A stretch of 64,000 nucleotides of DNA from Polyangiaceae bacterium (GTDB lineage Bacteria > Myxococcota_A > Polyangia > Polyangiales > Polyangiaceae), in the NCBI GenBank assembly GCA_965222375.1, contig CBDCTZ010000015.1, forward strand, positions 1,571,170-1,635,169, written 5' to 3'. A model generated the notes under the pieces. It searched no databases and was not told the DNA's origin. It saw nothing but the letters and a program-made list of their open reading frames with translations. The position numbers and the translations under genes are program-made. Of this stretch, positions 20,355 through 30,313 are shown one piece after another; the stretch's first letter is position 1; every line of letters begins with the position of its first letter.

Positions 20355-21722
20355 ATGCGCGGTCGCGTTCTCGTAGTGGACGATGAGCCATCGATACTGA
20401 GCACGCTGAAGAAGGCGTTGAGTCTCGAGGGCTATACGGTGGATGTAGCGGGCGGTGTCGCCCTGGCGGAAGAGCGCTTGGCCGCTCGGGGCTACGACGT
20501 ATTGCTACTCGACGTCGCACTTCCAGACGGAAACGGGGTGGAGCTACTCGAGAAGCTCCGGGCCGCCGGCAACGACGCTCAAGTCATCATGATGAGCGGA
20601 CATGGCACCGTGGACGTGGCGGTACGTGCAACTCGCCTGGGGGCCTTGGACTTCCTCGAGAAACCCGTCTCTACGGATCGACTGATCGTACTGCTCGAAA
20701 ACACGCTCCGGTTGATCCGCGCCGAGGAAACGGCCGAGGAGCTACGCGCTGAGGCCGGACACTTCGACGAACTCGTCGGCGAAAGCCGAAGCATGAAAGA
20801 GCTGGCCGATCAGGTGGGTCGCGCGGCGCGAGCGAACGCACCTGTGCTGATAACCGGAGAGCGCGGGACGGGCAAAGAGCTGGTGGCTCGGGCCATCCAC
20901 CGCGCGTCGCCCCGCGCCAAGGGCCCACTGGAGAAGTTGAACTGCGCAGCGGTACCCCGAGAGCTGATCGAAAGTGAGCTTTTTGGCCACGAGGCAGGCG
21001 CTTTCACGGGTGCTACCCGCAAGAGGCGTGGGAAGTTCGAACGCGCCCATGGCGGCACACTTTTTCTGGACGAGGTCGGCGACATGCCCCTCGACATGCA
21101 AGCAAAACTGCTCAGGGTTTTGCAGGAGCAAGAGATCGAGCGGGTGGGTGGAAGCGAGACTATCCAGGTGGACGTTCGAGTCGTAGCCGCAACCAACCAG
21201 GATCTCGTGCGAGCTTGCGAGTCGGGACAATTCCGGCCCGACCTGTTCGACCGATTGAACGTGGTCCCACTGGAGTTGCCTCCTCTTCGCGCGCGCCGAG
21301 ACGACATTCCGCGCCTGGCATTGCACTTCCTCGAGCTTGCCGCTCGCAGCAATGCCCGACCCGGCGTCACGCTCACGGAGGAAGCCCTGAGCGTTCTTTC
21401 TGCCCACTCGTTCCCAGGCAACGTGCGTGAACTCCGCAACTTGATTGAACGCCTCGTCATCCTTTCGCCGGACGAGACGATCACGGCGGAAGACGCGCGG
21501 CGCACGTTGGGCATGTCGGGAGCTCCGTCGGTCGCCGGGCTGTATCGCCCGGGCGTGCCCTTCAAGGTACTGGTCGAAGAAGCGGAGCGCGCGATTTTGG
21601 AGGAGGCCATGGCACACAACGGCGGCCAGATGGCCGCCACCGCGCGGGCTCTCGGCTTGGAGCGATCGCATCTGTACAAGAAGGCTCGCGCCCTCGGCCT
21701 GCGGGGCAACGACGACAGCTGA
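20355..21722 (+). CDS. Sigma-54-dependent response regulator (NtrC family)
   Basis: Receiver domain (VVDDE, LLDVALPD), GERGTGKE, GAFTGA, FLDEVGD, C-terminal HTH. Confidence 0.96.
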   Translation: MRGRVLVVDDEPSILSTLKKALSLEGYTVDVAGGVALAEERLAARGYDVLLLDVALPDGNGVELLEKLRAAGNDAQVIMMSGHGTVDVAVRATRLGALDFLEKPVSTDRLIVLLENTLRLIRAEETAEELRAEAGHFDELVGESRSMKELADQVGRAARANAPVLITGERGTGKELVARAIHRASPRAKGPLEKLNCAAVPRELIESELFGHEAGAFTGATRKRRGKFERAHGGTLFLDEVGDMPLDMQAKLLRVLQEQEIERVGGSETIQVDVRVVAATNQDLVRACESGQFRPDLFDRLNVVPLELPPLRARRDDIPRLALHFLELAARSNARPGVTLTEEALSVLSAHSFPGNVRELRNLIERLVILSPDETITAEDARRTLGMSGAPSVAGLYRPGVPFKVLVEEAERAILEEAMAHNGGQMAATARALGLERSHLYKKARALGLRGNDDS

Positions 21723-21783
21723 ACGCCCGTTCAAAACTGCCGACCTTTCGGCCGCGATGCAGCAAAGGGGTTAAGCTTTCGAG

Positions 21784-22710
21784 GTGAAACGTCGCGGCCT
21801 AGTGGTGCTCTTCGCGTTGTTTGCATTCGGTGTGGCGTGTGCGCCGGGTTGCGGCTCCCGCGTCGGACTGAAAGATCTCGAAGGCAGCGCGGGACAAGGC
21901 GGCGGCGCAGGTGGCGATGCTGGCAGCGTCGGCTGTGGCAATGGCACCTGCGCCGGTGGCGAAAACTGCGCCACGTGCCCCCAAGACTGCGGGCTCTGCG
22001 ACACATGCCAGGATGGCACTTGCCAGCCGAGCGAGACTTGCGCGTCTTGCCCGGACGACTGCGGGCTGTGTCAAAGCTGTGGTGACGGGGACTGCGGCGG
22101 CGGCGAATCGTGCTTTTCGTGCCCGGGCGACTGCGGCAGCTGCGTCACCTGCGGCGACGGCCTATGTGACGAGCAACAGGAGACCTGCCTGACTTGCGCG
22201 CCCGATTGTGGTGCCTGCAAGAACTGCGGCGATGGTTCCTGCTCCGCCGCGGGCGGGGAAACGTGTTTCACGTGTCCCGACGATTGTGGGATCTGCCCTG
22301 GCTGCGGTGATGGTGAGTGCAAAGGCACGGAGACGTGTGCATCTTGCTCCAAAGATTGCGGCGTTTGTTCAGTCTGTGGCAACGACAAATGCGAGGCGAG
22401 TCAATTCGAGACCTGCACCAATTGTCCGAAGGACTGCGGCGAGTGCACGCTGAAGAACTGCTTCCAGATCGTGACCTGTGCTCTGGGCTGCATCGACCTC
22501 GACAAGGACCCGGTCGAATTCAGCGTGAGCTGCGTCGCCAACTGCGTCTCCCAAGGCTGCGCCGATGTGCAGTTCTTCGTCGACGAGGCACTCACTTGCG
22601 CCTTCCTCAACTTGGATGAACTGTCGAACTGCAGCAGCAATCCGTTCACGTGCCTGCAGAACTCGGCCTGTGGCCCCCAGCTGACCGCCTGCCTCGGCGC
22701 CACCTGCTGA
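21784..22710 (+). CDS. Exported Cys-rich repeat protein
   Basis: Signal peptide/lipobox; seven CGDGxC..ETCxxCPxDCG repeats. Confidence 0.85.
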   Translation: MKRRGLVVLFALFAFGVACAPGCGSRVGLKDLEGSAGQGGGAGGDAGSVGCGNGTCAGGENCATCPQDCGLCDTCQDGTCQPSETCASCPDDCGLCQSCGDGDCGGGESCFSCPGDCGSCVTCGDGLCDEQQETCLTCAPDCGACKNCGDGSCSAAGGETCFTCPDDCGICPGCGDGECKGTETCASCSKDCGVCSVCGNDKCEASQFETCTNCPKDCGECTLKNCFQIVTCALGCIDLDKDPVEFSVSCVANCVSQGCADVQFFVDEALTCAFLNLDELSNCSSNPFTCLQNSACGPQLTACLGATC

Positions 22711-22747
22711 GCTCTCGCGAAGGTCCTCGGTCAGAACCTGGCAAGCG

Positions 22748-23209
22748 CTACTGCTGCTCGTGCCAGGCGCGGGTCTCAGGCGTCAGCCAGTACAGAAGCA
22801 GCGGGATCGCCAGAAACCAGCAGCCACCACACATGAACGCCATGCCGCAAACAACGAAACCGTAGACGTAGCCCCAGGGACGTCGGGGCGCGACCACACC
22901 GATGACGTGCACAGCCGCAAACGGCACGGCGTAGACCAGCAAGAGCGCACCAATGAACCACAACGGAGGGTCATCCGGAGCGGCGCGGAGGTTCGGGTCG
23001 ATCGCGGCAGAAGCGACCAAGCCCCAACCCATCAAGCAGAGCCCACCGAAGAAGAGCAGCTGAGCGGCACAGAATCCCTGGAGCCAAAGCACAGCCTGTC
23101 GCTGGTTTTTGGCCGCTAGTAGCCCAGGGTCCTGCATCGGCGGCCAGGGCGGCGGTGAGAACCCCGCGCCGGGCGGCGGCACGAATCGGTGGTTATCCGG
23201 TTGCTCCAT
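22748..23209 (-). CDS. Small membrane protein
   Basis: Pro-rich N-terminus, 3-4 TM segments. Confidence 0.7.
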   Translation of the reverse strand: MEQPDNHRFVPPPGAGFSPPPWPPMQDPGLLAAKNQRQAVLWLQGFCAAQLLFFGGLCLMGWGLVASAAIDPNLRAAPDDPPLWFIGALLLVYAVPFAAVHVIGVVAPRRPWGYVYGFVVCGMAFMCGGCWFLAIPLLLYWLTPETRAWHEQQ

Positions 23210-23252
23210 CCCTGTCGGCGGCTCTGGCCGCGCGCCCTCTCGCGAGGAGCGC

Positions 23253-26099
23253 CTAGCGCTTCTTCTTGCCTTTGCCCTTAGCCTTCAGCTTCTTGGCCAA
23301 CGCTGCGTGCTGTCGAGCCTTTCGATGGTTGGGCACGAGCTTGTAAGTCTTTGACAGTTGGGAGTGCACCGCTGCTTTCTGGTTGGGGCGACCTGGGCAG
23401 AGCAATGCTGACTCCAACTCGAAAATGGCTCGAGGCACCATCTTCAGCCCCGTGAGGGCTTCCGCGAACAATGCGTGGGTCTTCATGCCTTCGATGTCTG
23501 CCCACAGGGCGCGTTCGCCCACCTCTTTGGCTTCCTTGAATTCCTTCCGGTCGATCAGGGCGCGCATCAGCCTGCGATAGACGCGGCCGTCGTGCTCGTC
23601 CAAGAGAGACAGCTTTCGCAAGTACTTGAGTTCCAGGTCTGCGTTCTTCTGCTTCTTGGCCAGGTCGACCAGCGCCTGAATCGGCTCCGCTTGGGTGGGA
23701 TCGAAGCGATGTGCCGCCTCGAAGGCGGCCTTCATCTTGGCGAGATCTCGCGCGGCCTCGTGCACGTCCGCCAAGGCCATTTGAACCGCAAAGCCATCGG
23801 CCTTCTTCGCGATCTTCTCGAGCAGGGTCAGCGCCTGGCCCGGTTTCCGCATGGCCATGTACATGCGCGCCTGAATGTACAGAGCATCCGGGTAGTCCGG
23901 CGAAAGCTTCAGTGCGGCCGCGAGGGCCTTGTTCGCTTCATCCCGCTTGCCGGATCGGAGCGCAGCCAAAGCGAAGCGCGTTTGCTTTGCTGCATCCTTC
24001 GGGGATTTCTCGACTTCCTCTTTGGCGCGATCGTAGCCGCCCGTGCGCGCCATGGGCACGAACTGCCGATCGTATCGACTCAGCTTTTTTTTGGCCCAAG
24101 CCCGAAACTCGGCGTCCAGTTGGTCGGTCTGCTGACCCAACACCTGTGCGACGACCTGGTTGGTGCGCTTGCCCTGGCCCCAGGCGGTCAGCATGGCGCT
24201 CGCTTTCTTCGGGCCATGCTTCTGCATCATCATGGTCAGGATTTGACTGGACGCGTAGTAAGCCGTGGCCACGTCGCTCATTTCTTCGGCGCGGGTGAAG
24301 GCGCGGCTCATGGATCCCACTTTGGGCAGGCGCGAGCTGCGAAGAGCGCTGAACAGCGCGGGGTCGTGCTCCCGGCTCCATTCCTTGCGTTCGATCAGCG
24401 TTTCGTACTCGGCAAGCCCCTCGGTGAACCACCGAGGCACATGGGCCTTGGACATCTGGATGTGAAAGACGTGAGCTAGCTCGTGCCACAGCGTCATGCC
24501 CAAGTTGAACTTCTCTTTTTTGGGGCTCATGCTGGCGAGGGTGCTGCCGAAACAAACTCCTTGAATCGCGGTCGACGGCAGACCACTGGTGCGAATCGCG
24601 AAGTTCTGACGTTCGGCGTAGAGCTCCACGCCCACGGGGGTCTTGGGAACGAAGCCGTAGGACTTCGTCATCTTGCGCCAGGCTTGCTCCATTAGCCCCG
24701 GCACGTAGCGCTCTAGAATCGCCTTTTCGTCCTTGTGGTAACGGAAGCGGAATAGCTTGCTGTTCACAGTGACGTAATCTCGCGGAATCGTCTTTTCATA
24801 CAAGTTGAGCGTGTTGAAGACCCGCACGTTGAACGGGTCCTTGTCGAACGCCGTCGCAAGAGCCTTCACGCCCGCTTTGTCGTTGCCAGCTCGGATCAGG
24901 TTCAGCCCGAGCTGCGCATAGGCCTTGGCGTCTTCACCGTCGATCTGCACGGCCTTCTTCATCATCGCCACGATTTCGTCGTAGCGATGCTCCCAGTCAG
25001 CGTACTCACCGATGATCTGATACGCGCGGGAGTACTTTGGATTGAGCTTCAGCACGGCCGCGACAGCTGCTTCGAAGGCGGCGTTGTCGTCCGCCAAAAA
25101 CTTCGCGGTTGCACGCAGGCTCAGTAGGTCCAAGTCGCGTGGGTTGTACTTCAGGCCGTTGTCGATGTGACGCTCCGCGTTTTCCAGCTCCATGTCGCGA
25201 AGGGCGATCCCAGCGAGCACGAAGTGCGCTTGAGCATGCTTGCCGTTCACAGCGAGGGCCTTCTTCGCCAATCGCTCGGCCTCGTCGAAGTCCAAGGCCT
25301 GGGCAAGCTTCACATGCGCCATCCAAACCAACGCGTCCGGATGATTGGGCGCCTGCTGCAGCACTTCTTTGGTGACTTCCTCGGCATGCCCGGGGTCGTA
25401 CTTGTCCAAGAACAGTTCCGCCCTCCACAGCAGCAGCTGCACGTTGCCTTTGCCGGCGCGCTCGGCTTCGTTGAAAGCGTCGTTGGCGTCGCGAGGGCTG
25501 CGAAGAAGCGTCGCGGCGCGGCCCACCATGGCCAGCCCCGGACCGTCGGTGTCCTTGATGCGGTCGGAGTTGTAGTCCTCGATCAAGGTCATCAGCGCCC
25601 GGTTCGCACCGGATTCTTCTCCGCGCTCCAGCAGGACCTCGCCCAAGAGCAGACGTGCTTCTCGCGAGTCGGGATCAGCTTGAACCTTCTTGAGGAGACC
25701 CTCTGCCTCCGAGAGCTTGCCCTGCCGACGGAGGGCGCGAGCACCCACTGCGGCGGCACGCCCACGCACGGCCTTGGTCTTCATGGCGCCGAGCGCGGTC
25801 TTATGGGCCTTCTGATACCGACCAGTCAGTAGCTCGACTTCAGCTAACAAGCTCAGCGCTTCCCCACGCAGCTTGCCGACGGCAGCACCGCGCAGCAGCT
25901 TCTCTGCATCTGGGTAGCGGCTTTCAGCCAGCGCCTCTTTACCCGCGGCCAGTTTCTTCGCCGGGCTCGCACCTCGAGGCAGGGGCTTGGATGCAGCGGC
26001 GGGACTCCTGGCGGGCTGCGCCTGCGCGGGTGCACACCCCAAGGCCGCGCTCACGAAGAGGGGCAACATCAACGTCGAAAACGTGGTTCGCTTCAGCAT
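23253..26099 (-). CDS. TPR lipoprotein with gluzincin (peptidase MA-like) metalloprotease domain
   Basis: Lipobox ALGC; many TPRs; HELAH and WFTEGLAEY. Confidence 0.88.
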   Translation of the reverse strand: MLKRTTFSTLMLPLFVSAALGCAPAQAQPARSPAAASKPLPRGASPAKKLAAGKEALAESRYPDAEKLLRGAAVGKLRGEALSLLAEVELLTGRYQKAHKTALGAMKTKAVRGRAAAVGARALRRQGKLSEAEGLLKKVQADPDSREARLLLGEVLLERGEESGANRALMTLIEDYNSDRIKDTDGPGLAMVGRAATLLRSPRDANDAFNEAERAGKGNVQLLLWRAELFLDKYDPGHAEEVTKEVLQQAPNHPDALVWMAHVKLAQALDFDEAERLAKKALAVNGKHAQAHFVLAGIALRDMELENAERHIDNGLKYNPRDLDLLSLRATAKFLADDNAAFEAAVAAVLKLNPKYSRAYQIIGEYADWEHRYDEIVAMMKKAVQIDGEDAKAYAQLGLNLIRAGNDKAGVKALATAFDKDPFNVRVFNTLNLYEKTIPRDYVTVNSKLFRFRYHKDEKAILERYVPGLMEQAWRKMTKSYGFVPKTPVGVELYAERQNFAIRTSGLPSTAIQGVCFGSTLASMSPKKEKFNLGMTLWHELAHVFHIQMSKAHVPRWFTEGLAEYETLIERKEWSREHDPALFSALRSSRLPKVGSMSRAFTRAEEMSDVATAYYASSQILTMMMQKHGPKKASAMLTAWGQGKRTNQVVAQVLGQQTDQLDAEFRAWAKKKLSRYDRQFVPMARTGGYDRAKEEVEKSPKDAAKQTRFALAALRSGKRDEANKALAAALKLSPDYPDALYIQARMYMAMRKPGQALTLLEKIAKKADGFAVQMALADVHEAARDLAKMKAAFEAAHRFDPTQAEPIQALVDLAKKQKNADLELKYLRKLSLLDEHDGRVYRRLMRALIDRKEFKEAKEVGERALWADIEGMKTHALFAEALTGLKMVPRAIFELESALLCPGRPNQKAAVHSQLSKTYKLVPNHRKARQHAALAKKLKAKGKGKKKR

Positions 26100-26191
26100 G
26101 ACTGCCTTTGTTTGTAGCGCGAATGTGCGCCATTTCCTCGACCCACCAGGTGCGTGCTTTCTTGGATGAAATGTTGGGCGATTACCGCGAG

Positions 26192-26986
26192 TTAGGAGCG
26201 CCGAGCGGCCGACACGACGATCCTCGACCGGGGGCCGCAGCCCAAGGCCTCGCTGGCCCTGCCACCGCGCTCGGCTATTTCCAACGTTCGAAAAGAGCTG
26301 ATCAGTCCCACCAACTCGCCGTCCGCCACGTCCGCGTAGGTATGCCGAATGGGCACCTCGCGGTCACCAATGTAGACGCTGCTTGCGTTTCCGACGAGTT
26401 CGGCGCCCACGTCCGTGACTAGGTTACCGAAGCGGTCAACGAACAGCACATGGCCAATCAGGTCGTCCCCAGCGCGCTTGGCAGTGTAGACGGGTCGCCG
26501 GATGGGCTGGATCTTCGTTCCCACTTCCCAGGGGGACACACTTCCCGCGGCTAGTCGTGCCGCGACGGGAGCGAACAAGTCGCGCCCATGGAAGGTCCGC
26601 GAGGGCACGTTCAAGGTCAGCTTCTTGGCGTCGATGCGCCATGACTGAGATGGCTGGTCCAACACGTGCGAGAGCAGACCATTGTCCGGCGCAACAAAAA
26701 CGTGCTCGCCACGGAGCGTGACGATTGCCTCGCGCTCAGTGCCCACGCCCGGGTCGACGACGGCGACATGAACCGTCCCCGGTGGGAAGTAGGCAAAGCT
26801 GCGCTCCAGCCAGAAACCACCTATTGCCACGTCGTGAGCAGGCACGCCGTGGCCCATGTCGACCACACGCAAGCTCCGGGCGTGGGACAAGATCACGCCG
26901 TGCATCTGGCCCACGAAGGGGTCATTGAGCCCGAAATCCGTGAGCAAGCTCACGATTCCGCAAGGGGTGAAGCTGAACCTTTCCAC
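26192..26986 (-). CDS. SAM hydroxide adenosyltransferase (DUF62, chlorinase/fluorinase family)
   Basis: LLTDFG, VVDPGVG, APDNG, RTFHGRDLFAP and DRFGN motifs. Confidence 0.93.
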   Translation of the reverse strand: MERFSFTPCGIVSLLTDFGLNDPFVGQMHGVILSHARSLRVVDMGHGVPAHDVAIGGFWLERSFAYFPPGTVHVAVVDPGVGTEREAIVTLRGEHVFVAPDNGLLSHVLDQPSQSWRIDAKKLTLNVPSRTFHGRDLFAPVAARLAAGSVSPWEVGTKIQPIRRPVYTAKRAGDDLIGHVLFVDRFGNLVTDVGAELVGNASSVYIGDREVPIRHTYADVADGELVGLISSFRTLEIAERGGRASEALGCGPRSRIVVSAARRS

Positions 26987-27015
26987 GCTACCGCCCTCCC
27001 ATCATACTGACATTC

Positions 27016-28659
27016 ATGCGAAACAAATCCTGGCTCCACCCGCTGCTCGCCAGTTGCGCAATCTTGGGCATATCACCGGCTCTGCAGGCCAAGGAGTACT
27101 TCGTAGCACCTGGCGGCAGCGGCAACGGCGATAGTGCGACGCCTTTCGGCAAGATCCAGGACGGATTGAGCGCTGCCCAGCCCGGCGATTTCGTGACCCT
27201 GCGTGCGGGCACCTACGCCGAGGCGCTCAAGAGCGTGCGGGATGGCAGCGCGGAATCCCCGATTACCTTGCGGGCAGAGAGCGGCGCGCAGGTCGTGGTG
27301 TCGATGGCCAGTGAATTGCTGCAAGTCGACCATGCCTACCTCGTCGTCGAGGGCATCGTATTCGACGGCAAGTACGCGGACAATGACTTGCTGGACATCA
27401 ATGACGGCGCCGATGGACTCGTCTTGCGCAATGTCGAGGTGCGCAAAGCGACCCGCGACTGCATCGACATGGGTGGACCGAAGGACGTCGTCTTTGAAGG
27501 CTGCTTGATTCATCACTGCTTGAACTCTGCGGGTTCCAGCGGGCAAACAGACGCCCATGGCGTCACCGGCGGGCCGGTTCGCAACTTGAAGATCCTGAAC
27601 ACGGAGATTCACACCATCAGTGGGGATGCGATCCAGTTCGACCCGGGTAGAGACTTGCCCGGCTGGAACGACATCTTGGTCGACGGTTGCAAGCTCTGGA
27701 CCGGCCCTCTCAGTTCTGCGGAAAACGGTTTCAAAGCCGGTGAAATCCCGGGAGAGAACGCGATTGACACCAAGACCAATGCCAACGCACCCCGCGCGAA
27801 ACTCACCGTGCGCAACACGCTGGCGTGGGGGTTTCGGGGCGGCTTCATCAGCAACATGGCCGCCTTCAACATGAAGGAGAACATCGACGCGCTCTTCGAC
27901 GGCGTCACGGTCTTCGACTCGGAGATTGCGTTTCGAACCCGAGGCCCGGGCAGCAACGGTGGCGCCTGGGTCACCGTGCACAATGCGGTGGTCTACGACG
28001 TGGACAAGGCGTTCCGCTACGAAGACGACATCGAAAAGCTCATTGTCTACAACAGCACCTTCGGGGACAAGGTGGGCACCGCGTTCCAGGAGGCTAGTTC
28101 GAACGCTACCAAGGCAGATGTACGCAATCTGCTCGTGTTGGGCACGAAGCTGCCATCCGAAGCCAGCTTGCCCTCCAACATGGTCGCGACCGCAGGCGAC
28201 TTCATGGATGTCTCCAAGGGCGACTACCGCCTCGTGAGCGGCGCGCCGCCTATCGACAAGGGCGAAACTCTGAGCAACGTTCCAACCGACCGCGCGGGGA
28301 CGGCTCGGCCTCAAGGTGCATCCTATGACGTGGGTGCCTACGAAGACTGCGCGCCGCCCAATTGCGGAACCGCAGGCGGCGGTGGCGTTCCGGGCGCGGG
28401 CGGATCACCCGGGGGTGGAGGGCCGGGCACCGGCGGCGGAAACGCGGGCGGCCAAGGCGCCACAGCCGGCCAAGGCGGCGGCAACGCCGGAAGTCCCGGG
28501 AGCGGCGGCGGCGCTGCGACCAGTTCCGGCGCGCCAGACTCCGGGGATGACGGAGGTTGCGGCTGCAGGGTGGTCGGTTCTTCGCGCCGGTCGGCAGGCG
28601 CCCTGGCCTTGCTGCTCGGCTTATTGCTAATGCGGCGACGTTCTGAGCGCAGCTCGTGA
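27016..28659 (+). CDS. Right-handed beta-helix (pectate-lyase-like) surface protein with MYXO-CTERM tail
   Basis: YFVAP..GTY N-terminus, D..G..RPQG..YDVGAYE, Gly-rich linker, GCGCR followed by TM and RRR. Confidence 0.88.
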   Translation: MRNKSWLHPLLASCAILGISPALQAKEYFVAPGGSGNGDSATPFGKIQDGLSAAQPGDFVTLRAGTYAEALKSVRDGSAESPITLRAESGAQVVVSMASELLQVDHAYLVVEGIVFDGKYADNDLLDINDGADGLVLRNVEVRKATRDCIDMGGPKDVVFEGCLIHHCLNSAGSSGQTDAHGVTGGPVRNLKILNTEIHTISGDAIQFDPGRDLPGWNDILVDGCKLWTGPLSSAENGFKAGEIPGENAIDTKTNANAPRAKLTVRNTLAWGFRGGFISNMAAFNMKENIDALFDGVTVFDSEIAFRTRGPGSNGGAWVTVHNAVVYDVDKAFRYEDDIEKLIVYNSTFGDKVGTAFQEASSNATKADVRNLLVLGTKLPSEASLPSNMVATAGDFMDVSKGDYRLVSGAPPIDKGETLSNVPTDRAGTARPQGASYDVGAYEDCAPPNCGTAGGGGVPGAGGSPGGGGPGTGGGNAGGQGATAGQGGGNAGSPGSGGGAATSSGAPDSGDDGGCGCRVVGSSRRSAGALALLLGLLLMRRRSERSS

Positions 28660-29141
28660 GCCATCCGGGCTTCACGGTCTTCTCTCAGCGACCCGACGTG
28701 CGCGTTCCTCTCACTGAACTGCTCAAGAGCGCGCGTGCGCACTTTCGAAGCAACGTCAACGTCGTGTCCGAGCAGGGCGTGGACGAAAACGGCAGCGCCT
28801 CTTCGACCACGCTGCGACTGTTGATCGAAAACGAGCGACTAGGAGTCGCAGAAGAGTTCACGATCCAAACGCGCGCGCGCAGTCCCGATGACCTGACGCG
28901 AGCCGAAGCCGCCGAGCAGGCTGGGCGCGCCGCCGGCATGTCCGCCTTGGCGGCCCGCTGCCCAAGCATCTGGGAGCTCAGCGCCGACGGTAGCGAGGTC
29001 GGCACGCTACTGGCCTGTGCGATGCTGGCCTCGGTGGCCCTCGGTCCGGTGATGCCGCCGGATGCTTCCACGTTGTACGGTGTTCGCGGCGCGATGGAGC
29101 GTGCGGACCGCGCCGCCGGAGCCAAAGCCCTGGAACGCTGA
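28656..29141 (+). CDS. Hypothetical protein
   Basis: 161 aa ORF, GTGA-coupled to the upstream gene. Confidence 0.7.
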   Translation: MSHPGFTVFSQRPDVRVPLTELLKSARAHFRSNVNVVSEQGVDENGSASSTTLRLLIENERLGVAEEFTIQTRARSPDDLTRAEAAEQAGRAAGMSALAARCPSIWELSADGSEVGTLLACAMLASVALGPVMPPDASTLYGVRGAMERADRAAGAKALER

Positions 29142-29155
29142 ACCCAGAGCGCCGC

Positions 29156-30313
29156 TCAAAACGCATAGCTCAGGGTTCCTCCAAAAGACACACCGCCGCT
29201 CTCCGCGTTGCGTGCCTGGTAGCCACCGCGACCCGCAACTGAAACGCCGCTCCCGAGGTCCACCGCGACCTCCCCGAGCAAACGCACGCCGTAACGTTCG
29301 GCACTAGGCATGTTGGACACCTCGACGATGGGTGCCACGGTCACACCCGCGGTAGCGACAACGTCCACGCGACTGAAAAACCGCGTCCCGAAGGTCTCGA
29401 TGGTCTCGAAACCCAGAGTGAGCTTCGAACCGTATGGGTCTCCAATCAAAATGGCGCCACCACCTCCCAATGCGAAACCCACTTCGCTCACGCTGGTGAG
29501 AAGCTCGGCATCGAAGTGAATCGCATCGTTGCCGCGCAACCTGACTCGAGGAGCGCCGTAGTTGAGACCCACGTCGAAGCGCTCCGATTCAGGCACACCG
29601 GGCAACGGGTCACGCAAGGGCACCGGTGATTTGCCGCGCACGACTCCGATCCGAACCGAGAACTCCGTGACCACCTGCAGCGGTCGGTACGTGTAGGCAC
29701 CCTCGATCCGGAAGTAGCGATCGCTGACAGATTGGCTGGTCACGGCCCCAGTGTTGGGATCGCGGACTTCGGCTACACTCTTGCCGAAAGATACGCTCTC
29801 TGCGCTGGTAGAAAACACGCTGCGACGCCCACCCAGTCGCTGCGATAGAGCCGCTTCCCGTAAATCCATCAAGTCTTCCGGCACTTGGAGCTGGTGCGGG
29901 GCGGCTCGGGAGGCGAAAGCCGCGCGGCGGCGCCCATCCAAGCCGACGACCTCGATGGTGTAGGCCAACCACGGTGCGCGCATTTCCGCGGCTGGTACGA
30001 TCGCGACGTAGGGGCCATCCGAGGCTCGCTGAAAGGGGACTTCGCGATACGAGGTGTTGTCCTTGGTTCGGTAGACCAAGAGCACCCGCTTGGTGAGCTC
30101 AGGATAGATTATGTCCGCCGGCACGTGCAGCGCCTCATGGGCCACTGCCACGGAGACGGGCGCGTGGCTCACATGGGCAGTAGCCGCCGCACGCTGCGGC
30201 TTGGACGAGGTGGTCAACGACTCCGCGCCGGATGTGTTTGCGAACCCAACGCACAGCGCGAACAGGGCCATGCCGAGGCGAATCGCAGACTTGGTTTCAG
30301 CTTGCGTTACCAT
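29156..30313 (-). CDS. Putative outer-membrane protein (Ig-like domain plus beta-barrel)
   Basis: Signal peptide, beta-rich, ends ..TLSYAF; paralogous to the upstream gene. Confidence 0.75.
   Translation of the reverse strand: MVTQAETKSAIRLGMALFALCVGFANTSGAESLTTSSKPQRAAATAHVSHAPVSVAVAHEALHVPADIIYPELTKRVLLVYRTKDNTSYREVPFQRASDGPYVAIVPAAEMRAPWLAYTIEVVGLDGRRRAAFASRAAPHQLQVPEDLMDLREAALSQRLGGRRSVFSTSAESVSFGKSVAEVRDPNTGAVTSQSVSDRYFRIEGAYTYRPLQVVTEFSVRIGVVRGKSPVPLRDPLPGVPESERFDVGLNYGAPRVRLRGNDAIHFDAELLTSVSEVGFALGGGGAILIGDPYGSKLTLGFETIETFGTRFFSRVDVVATAGVTVAPIVEVSNMPSAERYGVRLLGEVAVDLGSGVSVAGRGGYQARNAESGGVSFGGTLSYAF

Noticed and set aside
21784..22710. Multiheme cytochrome or ferredoxin
   Set aside because: CxxC motifs are followed by P/S/A rather than H; the pattern is the disulfide-rich CGDG repeat
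26192..26986. Halogenase (fluorinase/chlorinase) of a biosynthetic cluster
   Set aside because: Has the DUF62 hydrolase-type DPGVG..R and TFHGRD motifs and no biosynthetic neighbours
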